A stretch of DNA of 64,000 nucleotides, taken from contig OY760142.1 in the NCBI GenBank assembly GCA_963663225.1, positions 384,001 through 448,000 of the forward strand, in the 5' to 3' direction. Origin of the DNA: Nitrospirota bacterium. Lineage in GTDB: Bacteria; Nitrospirota; UBA9217. A program made the translations under genes and the position numbers. The notes under the pieces are model-generated. The model was not told the origin of the DNA and searched no databases. It saw nothing but the letters and a program-made list of their open reading frames with translations. Shown here piece by piece: positions 35,550 to 45,754 of the stretch (the first letter of the stretch is position 1; the number at the start of each line of letters is the position of its first letter).

Positions 35550-36308
35550 TCACAGGAATATGCCGCCGGATGCTTCAATGCGCTGCCCGTTTACCCACCG
35601 GCACTCGTCGGACAGCAGCAATGCGATCATATCACCGATATCGTCCGGGAGCCCGACCCGGCCGAGTGCGGTCTGTGAGGCGATGAAAGCATTGATTTCC
35701 GGATTATCACGCACTGCGCCACCGCCAAAATCGGTCTCAATGGCGCCGGGAGCCAGTACATTCACCGCAATGTGTCGAGGAGCAAGCTCCTTAGCAAGGT
35801 ATCTGGTCAGGACCTCAACCCCACCCTTCATAGTCGCATAAGCCGAATAACCAGGGAACGAGAAGCGTGCAAGCCCTGACGAAATATTGAGGATGCGGCC
35901 GCCATCCGATATCAAAGGCAGCAGTCTCTGGGTCAGGAAGTACACTCCTTTCAGGTGTACATTCATGAGTTCATCAAACTGCGCTTCAGTTGTTTTCGCA
36001 AATTCAGCATGAACGCCCATGCCTGCGTTGTTCAGAAGAAAATTGAATTGTTTGCGCTTCCACCTGCTTTCCAGCAATTCTTTTACCGTTTCGGCAAAAG
36101 TGGAAAAGCTGGAGACCTGGCCCGAATCCAGCTGCAGAGCAACTGCCTGGGCGCCTGATTTCCTGGCGCGGGAAACTACAGCGTCGGCGGCCCCGGCGTC
36201 TTTTTTATAGGTCAGGATCACATCCACTCCTTTGGCCGCAAGCTTCAGAGCAGCATTTGCACCGAGTCCTCTGCTTCCTCCGGTAATAACCGCAATCTTT
36301 TTTTCCAT
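35550..36308 (-). CDS. Short-chain dehydrogenase/reductase
   Basis: TGGSRGLG, NNAG, YATMK, APGAIETDF; GGAG RBS at MEKK. Confidence 0.95.
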   Translation of the reverse strand: MEKKIAVITGGSRGLGANAALKLAAKGVDVILTYKKDAGAADAVVSRARKSGAQAVALQLDSGQVSSFSTFAETVKELLESRWKRKQFNFLLNNAGMGVHAEFAKTTEAQFDELMNVHLKGVYFLTQRLLPLISDGGRILNISSGLARFSFPGYSAYATMKGGVEVLTRYLAKELAPRHIAVNVLAPGAIETDFGGGAVRDNPEINAFIASQTALGRVGLPDDIGDMIALLLSDECRWVNGQRIEASGGIFL

Positions 36309-36379
36309 GTTCGCAACTCCCTTTTTGACAGTCACACCTGCTTTTACACCGGCTGCCGGCTTACGCTCTCGAACCAGAG

Positions 36380-36886
36380 CTACTCAGTTCCGGTTTTTTT
36401 AAACAATTCCGGATACAACTGTTTTTTACACTCATCGCAAATACCATGAGAAAAGCGTGCATCTGAATGTTCGGAAATGAAAGTCTCCATCTGTTGCCAT
36501 CGGCCGTCCAGATTGCGCACCTTTTTGCAAGCGCTGCATGTAGGCAGGATTCCTCTGAGCACCTTGACCTCGCGAGTCAATGATGCAACATGATTCACCA
36601 TGTAGGCAATGCCGATAAGAACACCTATTCTGATGACGGCATTGACGAGGATTATAGAAAAATCAATAGTAGGTTCCCATAAAAAATATCGTTCTATTAT
36701 TCGTCCGGCTGGCAGCAGAAAGGCGAGTATGATCCCCCATTTTATTCCGCTATACCACGAAGATAGGATAACAGGAACAACGAAGACTATAGGAAATTCA
36801 ATGTCGGGTCCTGTTGCATAGTCAGCAACCAGAACAATGATACTGAGAACTATCCAGTATAAGGGATAGAGCCGTTTATTTTTCAA
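36380..36886 (-). CDS. Membrane protein (4 TM) with C-terminal four-Cys module
   Basis: TM bundle then LRGILPTCSACKKVR...W..ME.FI..HS...FSHGICDEC; TTG start with GAGG upstream. Confidence 0.75.
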   Translation of the reverse strand: MKNKRLYPLYWIVLSIIVLVADYATGPDIEFPIVFVVPVILSSWYSGIKWGIILAFLLPAGRIIERYFLWEPTIDFSIILVNAVIRIGVLIGIAYMVNHVASLTREVKVLRGILPTCSACKKVRNLDGRWQQMETFISEHSDARFSHGICDECKKQLYPELFKKTGTE

Positions 36887-37086
36887 GAAGAGAGGCCTCC
36901 TGAATGATAGGTATCATCAATATTACATCAAGTATAGCACCTTGATGCACGCTTTGGGCTTCAGGGCATTTATACCGGTTAATTCTGCCAAGGCCATAGA
37001 TACGGCCAGGTGAAACAGACGTTATTTTCTGAATATAGATGCTATTACAAAGTTCCGCGCGCTTCGTGGGGTTTTTTCCGAGAGGG

Positions 37087-37434
37087 TTAGATTCGGGTTT
37101 CGACATATTCTTTCAGTGCCGAGGCGTTATTAAAGCGGTCATCCTTGGCCCCGAACAGCAGCGTCACGGTGCCTTTTCGCGCATCGTTTGCAATCCTGTT
37201 CAGCAAGTCTTGCTTACCTTCCAGCTCTAAAAAAAACCGTCTCTTGAATTCACTCCATTTTTTTGGATCATGGCTGAACCACGTTCTGAGCTCATTGCTT
37301 GGCGCAATATTTTTCATCCACTCATCGATTTTTACATTCTCCTTTTTGAGTCCTCTCGGCCACAACCGGTCAATGAGTATTCGTTCGCCATCGGCTTTTG
37401 ACCACGGTTCATACACGCGTTTGATCTTCAACAT
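37087..37434 (-). CDS. DUF488 (YeaO-like) family protein
   Basis: IKRVYE...DG.RILIDRLWPRG...APS.ELR.WF.HDP...NNA..L; GGAGG RBS. Confidence 0.92.
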   Translation of the reverse strand: MLKIKRVYEPWSKADGERILIDRLWPRGLKKENVKIDEWMKNIAPSNELRTWFSHDPKKWSEFKRRFFLELEGKQDLLNRIANDARKGTVTLLFGAKDDRFNNASALKEYVETRI

Positions 37435-37655
37435 AACCGCCTCCTCCGGCCACATATGTTTTTTAATACGAACTACCGGGATGAGATTCCGCCAGAACAA
37501 ACAAATGCTATGTACTCATTATAAGACAAAATGAATTATTAAGCGTATGTTCGCTTTTTTATGGATCGACTAAAGTATGATGAAGAAAAACATATAAAGC
37601 GCTTATCAGAAAAACTTGGTTTTACCAGTCCCCTACAATACATCCCATCACCATG

Positions 37656-38255
37656 CTACGCTTCCCGGGTCCCGTACTTGATCGACCCCTTTCCTTCGAT
37701 GGAATAGATAAAACGCTCGACTGCGTTCAGCAGTTCATCATAGGCAGAGATCATATGAAAAGACTCCTGTATCTTTTCACGGATATGAAGCATGATAACA
37801 TCGGTTTTGATGCTGCGGATGCTTTTTCTCGTCATTACTTCCTTTTCTTCTCTTGTTGAAGCAGCGTAGCGGTTTCCATTCTCTCTCCGGTAAAAATACA
37901 AATACACCAGTACCCACAACTGGGTCATATCGTAAAAGAACTCGAGAAATGGATGGTAGCTGTATTGCTCTCTGATTTTTGCCTCCACTTCTTTCGTTTT
38001 GTCCGGTATGGAAGGAAACACTTTGATCAATATCCCTTCTTCAAAATCTTCATAGAAGAAAGGTGTATCCGCCAACCCCTGATGTCCGCAGTGCGGGCAC
38101 CGGACAACGTTGAATTCCCAACGAAATATTCTTTCCCTCACTTCAGGTGATTTTGAAACATCCACCCATGTGGCAACCCGTGCCTCATATTTTTTTCTGC
38201 AATATTTGCAAATGAATGTGTTCATCTTATATTCATTAAATGCATGTGCTGACAT
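37656..38255 (-). CDS. CpXC-domain (two CxxC) protein
   Basis: CKYC...VDV...CPHCG...PFFYED. Confidence 0.75.
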   Translation of the reverse strand: MSAHAFNEYKMNTFICKYCRKKYEARVATWVDVSKSPEVRERIFRWEFNVVRCPHCGHQGLADTPFFYEDFEEGILIKVFPSIPDKTKEVEAKIREQYSYHPFLEFFYDMTQLWVLVYLYFYRRENGNRYAASTREEKEVMTRKSIRSIKTDVIMLHIREKIQESFHMISAYDELLNAVERFIYSIEGKGSIKYGTREA

Positions 38256-38488
38256 GTGCGACCCCTCGATCCTCAGGCATTTAAAAGCCGGAATTTTAAC
38301 GTCTCAAACAGACATAATAGGTCTCTCGCGCGCAGATATACAGTAAGCGCGTCACAGTTCATATTTCTGCGACGTGGTATAAATCTCTCAGACTTATTGC
38401 GTGCGGAACCATGCAGCGCTTCGGAATCAATGCGCTGTTCGGCTAAAGTATGCGCCGTAGTGTTGGTGGAGATAGTTTGGTGAGATGG

Positions 38489-38737
38489 CTATGCCGGCGG
38501 GGCACGGGGCGCTGCAGATGCGGGGAGCGCTATCGGCAGCTTGCAGAGGCCTTCAAGCGAAGCGGACATCCTGAGCCCAAGCTGCAGGGCCTCGAAATCA
38601 TGCGTCGCATTTATAATGGCGATGAACTGGTCAAACGCATCATAGAGGTTGCCTTTTTTCAATGTCGCATCGGTCACAGGTACAAATGCGACAACGAAAC
38701 ATATGGCAATAAAAATTGTTGTAAGTCTTTTTATCAT
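38489..38737 (-). CDS. Small exported protein ending in RAPP (candidate arrest/leader peptide)
   Basis: MIKR plus hydrophobic core, signal-like; C-terminus PASAAPRAPPA*; TTGTAA-N18-TACTAT upstream. Confidence 0.6.
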   Translation of the reverse strand: MIKRLTTIFIAICFVVAFVPVTDATLKKGNLYDAFDQFIAIINATHDFEALQLGLRMSASLEGLCKLPIALPASAAPRAPPA

Positions 38738-39065
38738 ACTATCTCTTGCCGGCAATGCTGACCGAGCGTTCATTTATAGTAATACTGCGCGCAGGGATAT
38801 TACAAGCCTTTTTTAGACACGCTGATAATCAATAGGTTTAATTTTTTGTTTCGTACGCATCGCCATCCGGGAAATTTCCAACTCATTTTTTGCATAATTT
38901 AATCTTAATTTCACATATTTGTAACATTCCAGGTTAATAATGTTATCTATTTAAATTGAAACACTCTGAAAGGTCTCTCCAAATTAGACAATTTTTTAAC
39001 TCCTCATGAGCATCCTGTTCTTTATACTAGCAATGAGAACCAACGAAAACGAAAGGACAATCGTT

Positions 39066-39650
39066 ATGAGGTCATGGCTTTATATCGTTTTTTTACTCTG
39101 CTGCCTGTTCTTGAGTCCGGCAATTGCGGAAGAAGCCTCGCCGGATTTGAACAGAATTTTAACGCTCGACGTGATAATCGAACCAGTCAAGACTACGGAC
39201 AATGTGCCCGGGGTGAAGGCAAGCTTTTGCGTAAAATCCACGCCTGAGCGCATCTGGTCGGTGCTTACGGGTTATAACGATTTTCCCCGAATCTATACAG
39301 GGTTAAAAAAAGCAAGTGTCCTCACGAGCAGCAAGATCGGAGCCGAGGTAAGGTACTTATATTCGATTAATTTTTTGGGAATATTCAATAAAGAATTGAA
39401 TGTTGTATTAAGCGACCAATATTCATCATCTCACCGACGAATATCATGGGAGCGCGTATCAGGCGATCTGGAACGACTTGAAGGAAGCTGGGAAATTGTT
39501 GATACCCAGAAAAGCGGAACATATCTTCTCGTGTACCGCTCCTACGTCAAGGCGCCATGGTACGTCCCTGAAAATTTGGTTCGCTCCAGAATAATGAATG
39601 CGATTAAAGAAATGGCTCGCTCTATTCGCACTTGGGTAGAAAGAAGCTGA
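39066..39650 (+). CDS. Secreted SRPBCC/START-fold (polyketide cyclase-like) protein
   Basis: Signal peptide; PERIWSVLT.Y..FP, ISW..VSGDL..LEGSW. Confidence 0.8.
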   Translation: MRSWLYIVFLLCCLFLSPAIAEEASPDLNRILTLDVIIEPVKTTDNVPGVKASFCVKSTPERIWSVLTGYNDFPRIYTGLKKASVLTSSKIGAEVRYLYSINFLGIFNKELNVVLSDQYSSSHRRISWERVSGDLERLEGSWEIVDTQKSGTYLLVYRSYVKAPWYVPENLVRSRIMNAIKEMARSIRTWVERS

Positions 39651-40039
39651 AGTATACGTCTGTATATCCACAAACTATCCTTTTTCAACGTAACGACATT
39701 TTCCGATATCGAAACCCGACCAAAAAGCAAGTTCTGAAATCAGACTTTCCGGGACAATAATTAAGGGGGCAGGCACTTTATCCCTTTCCAATACACAGCG
39801 CAAATCCACATTTCTGGTCATTTTGGAGTAAAAAATGCCAGTATATTCATCAAAATTATTACATTTCTGCTATTATACTCATTATAATGCTTTGGTATTA
39901 TCATAATATTGCCAACTTGAGCATGAATTGAAATATAACATATTGAAAATATTATATTTTTATTCCGATATTTCAAACAAATGCCATTATCATTCCTTGA
40001 AAAACGAGATTGTCAGATTTTTTGTAAGAGAATTCAGAC

Positions 40040-40906
40040 ATGAGTACATCACCAGCAAAAAAAAGATTAAGTTTTCTGAGCAAGCATATAGCCCTTAAAA
40101 CAATTGAAGATTTCATGTTTTTTGAGTTTGACGGGAAACTGCTTGCACAGTTGGATCAGAAAAAAAATTTCATCCTCAGACACGAATTTCAAGAAATTAT
40201 CTGGCTGAAACAAGGGACAGCGAAATGCTATTTAGATGGGGAACGCACGACCATTTCTTCCAAGTCTCTAATCATTATTCCAAAAGGGAGAGTTCACCGG
40301 TTTATTGCGTCGCATGACTCCAAAGGTTTTGTCATCCGGTTCAACGACGAATTTCTGCCGAAGTCATCATACATGCTTTTCAGCCAATTGGGCTGGAAAT
40401 CAAATATTCTATTGCCGACTGAAGAATCGTCCATCCTCACTACTTACTTCACTCTTATAGAACATGAGTCGCGGCAAACAAGAGCTATTAATAAAACGAC
40501 TCTCGTATATCTGCTCCAAACGCTTATTGCTAAAATTGAAGATCTGTGGCCATATCCCGTGGTTCGAATACCGAAAGTACGCTCTCAATCGCAAGAACTC
40601 TGGAATCGGTTTAATATTCTTATTGAACGTGAATTTAAGAATCAGCATTCAGTAAGCTACTTTACAAAAGAATTAGGGATTTCCCGGCAAAAGTTGAATT
40701 CCGTGCTGAAGCATATGACAGGCATGACAGCGGCGAACATAATTGACAACCGTCTCATTCTGCAGGCCAAAAGACTTATTATTTTTTCAAACTTAACAAT
40801 TAAAGAAATCGCATTTGACCTCGGTTTCGAAGAACATTCCTATTTTACTAAGGTCTTCAAAAAAATAACCGGCTATACACCCTCCGAATACAAAAAAATA
40901 ATCTAA
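40040..40906 (+). CDS. AraC-family transcriptional regulator
   Basis: Cupin N-terminus (RHEFQEIIW..QG, GRVH); IKEIAFDLGF...SYFTKVFKK.TG.TP. Confidence 0.93.
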   Translation: MSTSPAKKRLSFLSKHIALKTIEDFMFFEFDGKLLAQLDQKKNFILRHEFQEIIWLKQGTAKCYLDGERTTISSKSLIIIPKGRVHRFIASHDSKGFVIRFNDEFLPKSSYMLFSQLGWKSNILLPTEESSILTTYFTLIEHESRQTRAINKTTLVYLLQTLIAKIEDLWPYPVVRIPKVRSQSQELWNRFNILIEREFKNQHSVSYFTKELGISRQKLNSVLKHMTGMTAANIIDNRLILQAKRLIIFSNLTIKEIAFDLGFEEHSYFTKVFKKITGYTPSEYKKII

Positions 40907-41147
40907 ACCAAAACTACCAGCATTTTCTCAAAAAATATTATCATACTTATATTAAACGGGTATAAAGTAGCAATTATTGCAAGGAAGCCAAGAGCTTAGC
41001 TTCCTGTTGAGATAACTTGCACAATGCAACACCGGGTTGCACACAGCACTCTGTACTACTATGAACAAAATAAATAAAACGCTATTTCAACCAGTTTTCT
41101 AAAATATTGAAAATAATTTCGATACCAATATTAGAAAGCAGTTTAAT

Positions 41148-41182
41148 AAAAGGCTCTCCTGAGGGAGAGCCTTTTTCTTTTT
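41148..41182 (+). terminator. Intrinsic (possibly bidirectional) terminator
   Basis: AAAAGGCTCTCC-tgag-GGAGAGCCTTTT followed by T-rich tract. Confidence 0.8.
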
Positions 41183-41367
41183 GACCCATAATGCGAACAC
41201 CAATTCAAAGGAACCTGGTGTGCAGTTCGCTTTTCCGGATATCAATAAAATATGCGCATTTATTCCAGCAGTTAAACATATGCACTGTGGTTTAAAAAAC
41301 AGATAGTGGGCATTCTTTAACCAACACCTGCGAAAGTTGTTTCTTAGTAAACCGTAAAGGAGATGCC

Positions 41368-43893
41368 ATGAACTCTGGTCTGAATAAGGAGAATCGTTTA
41401 GCGATAGGGCAAACAGTAGGTTTCTATTTAGTCTTCACCGTAGCATGGATATACCTATTCGACGACATCATGGGGTTGTTCATACAGGATCCCGTCGTTT
41501 TAACCCGTTTCTCTTTTTTAAAGTGTCTTCTTTATATAATGATAACCGGCGGGTTCCTCTATCGACTCCTGTCCAGGTCTGCAGCAAACCGCCATTTCGC
41601 GGAACAGGAATTGCGCGAAAGCAACGACCGTTATTATTCTTTGTTTAATCACATGCTGAGTGGATTTGCTTCTTGTAAACTCCTCTATGATGACAAAAAT
41701 CAGCCGGTAGACTTCCTATTTATCAGTGTTAACGATGCCGCTGAAAAACTGACCGGACTTAAAAACCCAACCGGCAAAACAGCCTCCGAGATAATTCCCA
41801 GACACAACGAACTGAACCGCGACCTGTTCGAAATGTACGTCAGAGTCGCGTCGACAGGAAAACCGGAGAGTGTTGAGAAAGAAATCAAACCTCTCGGAAT
41901 TTGGCTTTCTCTTTCGGCTTACAGTACGGAACGAAATTTCTTTGTTATTATTTTCGACAATATAACCGAACGTATACTGGTGGAAGCCTCGCTCAGAAAA
42001 AGCCTGGGAATATTTCTGCAATTGACCTGCAATATCCATGACGTCTTTTGGATATCATCGATAGATTTCTCCGAGATAGTTTACGTCAGTTCCGCGTACG
42101 AAACAATATGGGGCCGCACATGTGGCAGCTTATATAACGACCCCAAATCTTTTCTTGATTCGCTGCACCCCGAAGACAAGGGCAGAACCATAGCTTCTCT
42201 CAAAGAAAACAGGGAACAGGAATATTTTGAAATTGAATACAGAATTCTGCGACCTGATAAGGCAGTCCGCTGGATACGGCAGCAGTTATTCCGAGTAAAA
42301 AATTCGGCGGGGATCCCCTACCGCTTTACCGGGCTTGCTGAAGACGTAACAGCCCGCAAACAAATGGAGATGGACCTGCTCGTGAGCGAAGGACGTCTCA
42401 AACTGGCTGCAACTGCCGGGCGCTTAGGCATCTGGGATGTGGACATCCAGACCGGTCGTTTAATCTGGGATGACAGAATGTATGAGATTTATGGAATCTC
42501 AAGGAATTCATTCGCCGGAACCATCGAAGCCTGGGAAAAAGTGCTCCATGCTGATGATCGCGAGCAAGCCATACAGCAAGGCCGGAAGGTCGGCGAAAAG
42601 AGTAATGATTATGAGACAGAATTCCGCATTTTGCACCCAAACGGTAATGTAAGGCATATCAAAGCGAACGGAACTGTGATCAGGGACGCTGAAGGCAAGC
42701 CAGTTCGGGTGATCGGAATAAACCGCGACATTACCGAAGAGAAAAACCTGGAATCAAATCTACGCCAGGCACAAAAAATGGGACTGGTCGGCAGACTGGC
42801 CGGAGGCGTAGCGCATGACTTCAACAATATACTCACCGCGATAATCAGTTATGGAAACCTTATCGATATGCGGCTTGATGAGCCAGAGCGTGTACAACAT
42901 TATGCCAAACAGATTATCGCCACATCTGAAAAAGCGGCGGATCTCACCCGGGGATTGCTTGCTTTCAGCAGACAGCAGACCATAAATCCCATACCAATCG
43001 ATATAAACAAAATTGTTGTAAATATGCAGGAGATTTTGGAGAGAGTTATCGGCGAAGACATTAAATTTAAAGTCAGGACGTTGAGTCATGATCTAATTGT
43101 AATGTCTGACAAAAGCCAGATAGAACAGGTCTTGATGAATCTTGCAACAAACGCACGCGATGCCATGCCCGAGGGAGGAACCTTGACGATCACCACCGAT
43201 GAAGGCGAAATAAATGAGCGATTCATACGGGCCCATCAATACGGCGCAGCCGGAAGATATGCGATCATTTCGGTCGCGGACAACGGAGTGGGAATGGATA
43301 AGATAACAGCTGAGCAGATATTCGAACCTTTTTACACGACAAAAGAGGTCGGCAAAGGCACCGGGCTCGGCCTGTCGATAGTCTACGGGACGGTCAAACA
43401 GCATAACGGCTTTATCAACGTCTACAGCGAACCGGGCATAGGAACCACCGTAAAAATATATCTGCCTCTGTTTGAAAGCGCCACGCCATCTGCACACACG
43501 AGGTCATACACTGAAGTATGCAAGGGCACAGAAACAGTTCTTCTTGTCGAAGATGATGAAGTGGTGCGAAATATTACGAAGTCAATGCTGGAAGAATTGG
43601 GATATAACATCATAGAAGCCGTTGACGGGGAACAGGCAATTAAACTGTTTCACAAAAACAAAGACAACATTCAGCTTGTCATATCCGATATGATTATGCC
43701 GAAGCTCAGCGGAAAAGATGTTCATCGCGAACTCAAAAAGATGAAACCGGGCATAAAAATATTATATATGAGCGGATATGCTGTTGATATGCTCGGATTG
43801 CCTGAGGAGGAAAAAGCAAGCTTCATTTCAAAACCGTTCGGACCTGATGCAATTTCAGCAAAAATTCGGGATGTCCTGGCTGAACGTGAATAA
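41368..43893 (+). CDS. Membrane hybrid histidine kinase (2 TM, 3 PAS, HisKA, HATPase, REC)
   Basis: AHDFNN, NLATNARDAM, GKGTGLGL, REC VEDD...ISDMIMP. Confidence 0.95.
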   Translation: MNSGLNKENRLAIGQTVGFYLVFTVAWIYLFDDIMGLFIQDPVVLTRFSFLKCLLYIMITGGFLYRLLSRSAANRHFAEQELRESNDRYYSLFNHMLSGFASCKLLYDDKNQPVDFLFISVNDAAEKLTGLKNPTGKTASEIIPRHNELNRDLFEMYVRVASTGKPESVEKEIKPLGIWLSLSAYSTERNFFVIIFDNITERILVEASLRKSLGIFLQLTCNIHDVFWISSIDFSEIVYVSSAYETIWGRTCGSLYNDPKSFLDSLHPEDKGRTIASLKENREQEYFEIEYRILRPDKAVRWIRQQLFRVKNSAGIPYRFTGLAEDVTARKQMEMDLLVSEGRLKLAATAGRLGIWDVDIQTGRLIWDDRMYEIYGISRNSFAGTIEAWEKVLHADDREQAIQQGRKVGEKSNDYETEFRILHPNGNVRHIKANGTVIRDAEGKPVRVIGINRDITEEKNLESNLRQAQKMGLVGRLAGGVAHDFNNILTAIISYGNLIDMRLDEPERVQHYAKQIIATSEKAADLTRGLLAFSRQQTINPIPIDINKIVVNMQEILERVIGEDIKFKVRTLSHDLIVMSDKSQIEQVLMNLATNARDAMPEGGTLTITTDEGEINERFIRAHQYGAAGRYAIISVADNGVGMDKITAEQIFEPFYTTKEVGKGTGLGLSIVYGTVKQHNGFINVYSEPGIGTTVKIYLPLFESATPSAHTRSYTEVCKGTETVLLVEDDEVVRNITKSMLEELGYNIIEAVDGEQAIKLFHKNKDNIQLVISDMIMPKLSGKDVHRELKKMKPGIKILYMSGYAVDMLGLPEEEKASFISKPFGPDAISAKIRDVLAERE

Positions 43894-44063
43894 TTCGTGC
43901 CGGCAGAGACATGTGCGAAGTATCCGGAAGATACTGCTGCCATCCAAAAAACCGGAAGCTCGATGTAGCGCATTCTCGTTCAGAACTGATAATATTCACA
44001 CCTGATTTCAGATACAGGTCCGGACCAATCGCGATACTTCATTAAAAGCTCAACGATGTCATC

Positions 44064-45311
44064 TCAATGGCCGTATTTTTCAGCGATGAATGCCTCTATG
44101 GTCTGGGCGCTCTTTTTTGAAAAATGAACAGCCTCAACGACGGTCTTGGCCCCGGTCACCACGTCGCCGGACGCGAAAACGCCTTCGCGCGTGGTCCTGC
44201 CGTGCTCATCCGTAAGAACCAGTCCGAACCTGTTTGTTTGTATGCCGCCGGTTGTTGAAACAATGTTGGCGCGGGGCCTCTGACTTACCGCAATGATGAC
44301 CGAATCAGCCTGAAACAACTCTTCCGTCCCTTCAATTTTTTCAATCGTGATATTTCCTGCTTCATCTTTTCTTTCTGCAGTAGATGCAAGAATAACCCCG
44401 TCCTCAACAATCTCGACCGGCACCTTGAAAAATTCGAACCTCGCCCCATCTATCTTGGCGTACTCGATTTCGAGAGGCTCAGCCGTCATGGTATCAGGAC
44501 TATGCCGGTAAATGATACTGACATCTTCGGCCGTCTTTCGAAGGGCGGTGCGCGCCACGTCAATGGCCACATTTCCCGCTCCTATAATTGCGATTTTTTT
44601 CCCGAGATCAAAGGCATCAGGGTTTTTCAGATAGTTTATAGCATAATGGACGTGACCGAGGCTCTCACCTTTGATACGCAGAGGGTTTGGGTTCCAAATC
44701 CCGGTTCCGATAAACGCAGCCTTATATCCGTCGCGAAACAGATCATCAAGCGTGAGGACAGGGCCGATAAGCGTGTTGGGACGAATCTTTATGCCGATTC
44801 TGAGAAGAATTTCCCGGTACTTGTCGAGCAGGTATTTCGGCAGCCGGTAATCAGGAATTCCGAAACGCATAATGCCGCCCACCTTGTCCTCGGATTCGAA
44901 TATCGTAATATCATATCCATGAAAAGCGAGTATGATGGCGACGGTAATGCCCGCCGGGCCGGAACCGATGATTGCCACCTTCTTGTTTTTGTTCTTTTTG
45001 CTTTTGTTCTCGACTTTATCGAGAAAATAGTATGAGATGTAGTATTCTATCGAACTTATCTGGATCGCATTGCCTGCTTTTGCAAGAACGCAGTTCTTTT
45101 CGCACAGCCTCTCGACAGGGCAGATCAGGGCGCATATGACTGAGAGAGGATTATTGACAAAAAGCATTTCGCCTGCCTCCTTGATCCGGTCTTCAAGCAG
45201 CTTTTGAATCATGGTTGGAATCTCCGTTTTTACCGGACAGCCCCGGTCGCGGCAGGGAGGCACCTTGCACTGCAGACATCTTTTCGCCTCTTCAATTATA
45301 TGCTTTGCCAT
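44064..45311 (-). CDS. GltD-like Fe-S/FAD NAD(P)-dependent oxidoreductase
   Basis: EAKRCLQC...C....CP, C..ICP....CE..C, GSGPAG, FGIP.YRLP, GAGNVAID, GD.VTG. Confidence 0.9.
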   Translation of the reverse strand: MAKHIIEEAKRCLQCKVPPCRDRGCPVKTEIPTMIQKLLEDRIKEAGEMLFVNNPLSVICALICPVERLCEKNCVLAKAGNAIQISSIEYYISYYFLDKVENKSKKNKNKKVAIIGSGPAGITVAIILAFHGYDITIFESEDKVGGIMRFGIPDYRLPKYLLDKYREILLRIGIKIRPNTLIGPVLTLDDLFRDGYKAAFIGTGIWNPNPLRIKGESLGHVHYAINYLKNPDAFDLGKKIAIIGAGNVAIDVARTALRKTAEDVSIIYRHSPDTMTAEPLEIEYAKIDGARFEFFKVPVEIVEDGVILASTAERKDEAGNITIEKIEGTEELFQADSVIIAVSQRPRANIVSTTGGIQTNRFGLVLTDEHGRTTREGVFASGDVVTGAKTVVEAVHFSKKSAQTIEAFIAEKYGH

Positions 45312-45754
45312 ATGCCCTTCCTTTATTAGAGGAATGATGAAAATATTTGCTTAACCAAATCCAATTTCCGATTTCACTCATTAATATAATAGCGTGTTTT
45401 TTATGAAACTGAGGGTACCTCTAACGACGAGATACCCCCAGTTTCATTACAAATATAGTGTTTAGATTTCTGATTCCTAAGGAGCAGAAATCAATGTCTT
45501 TATAGAATCCGTCGAAACCAGTATTTCACTTGTCTTATGCAAATTAACGGTATTTGCCAACAGATTGATCTTCTGGATGTTTTTTTTGAACTCCGTTAGA
45601 AAATCGTTAAGAAATTGTCCTTAAATAGTGCAGGGGTTACAGTTTTATCTGTAATTGCTTGGTGCGGTGCGCATCCGCTGATGACATTGGACAAGAAAAA
45701 GCATATAGTTAGATCATAATATATTGTAATCTTATTCTATAAGGAGTGTAACGT

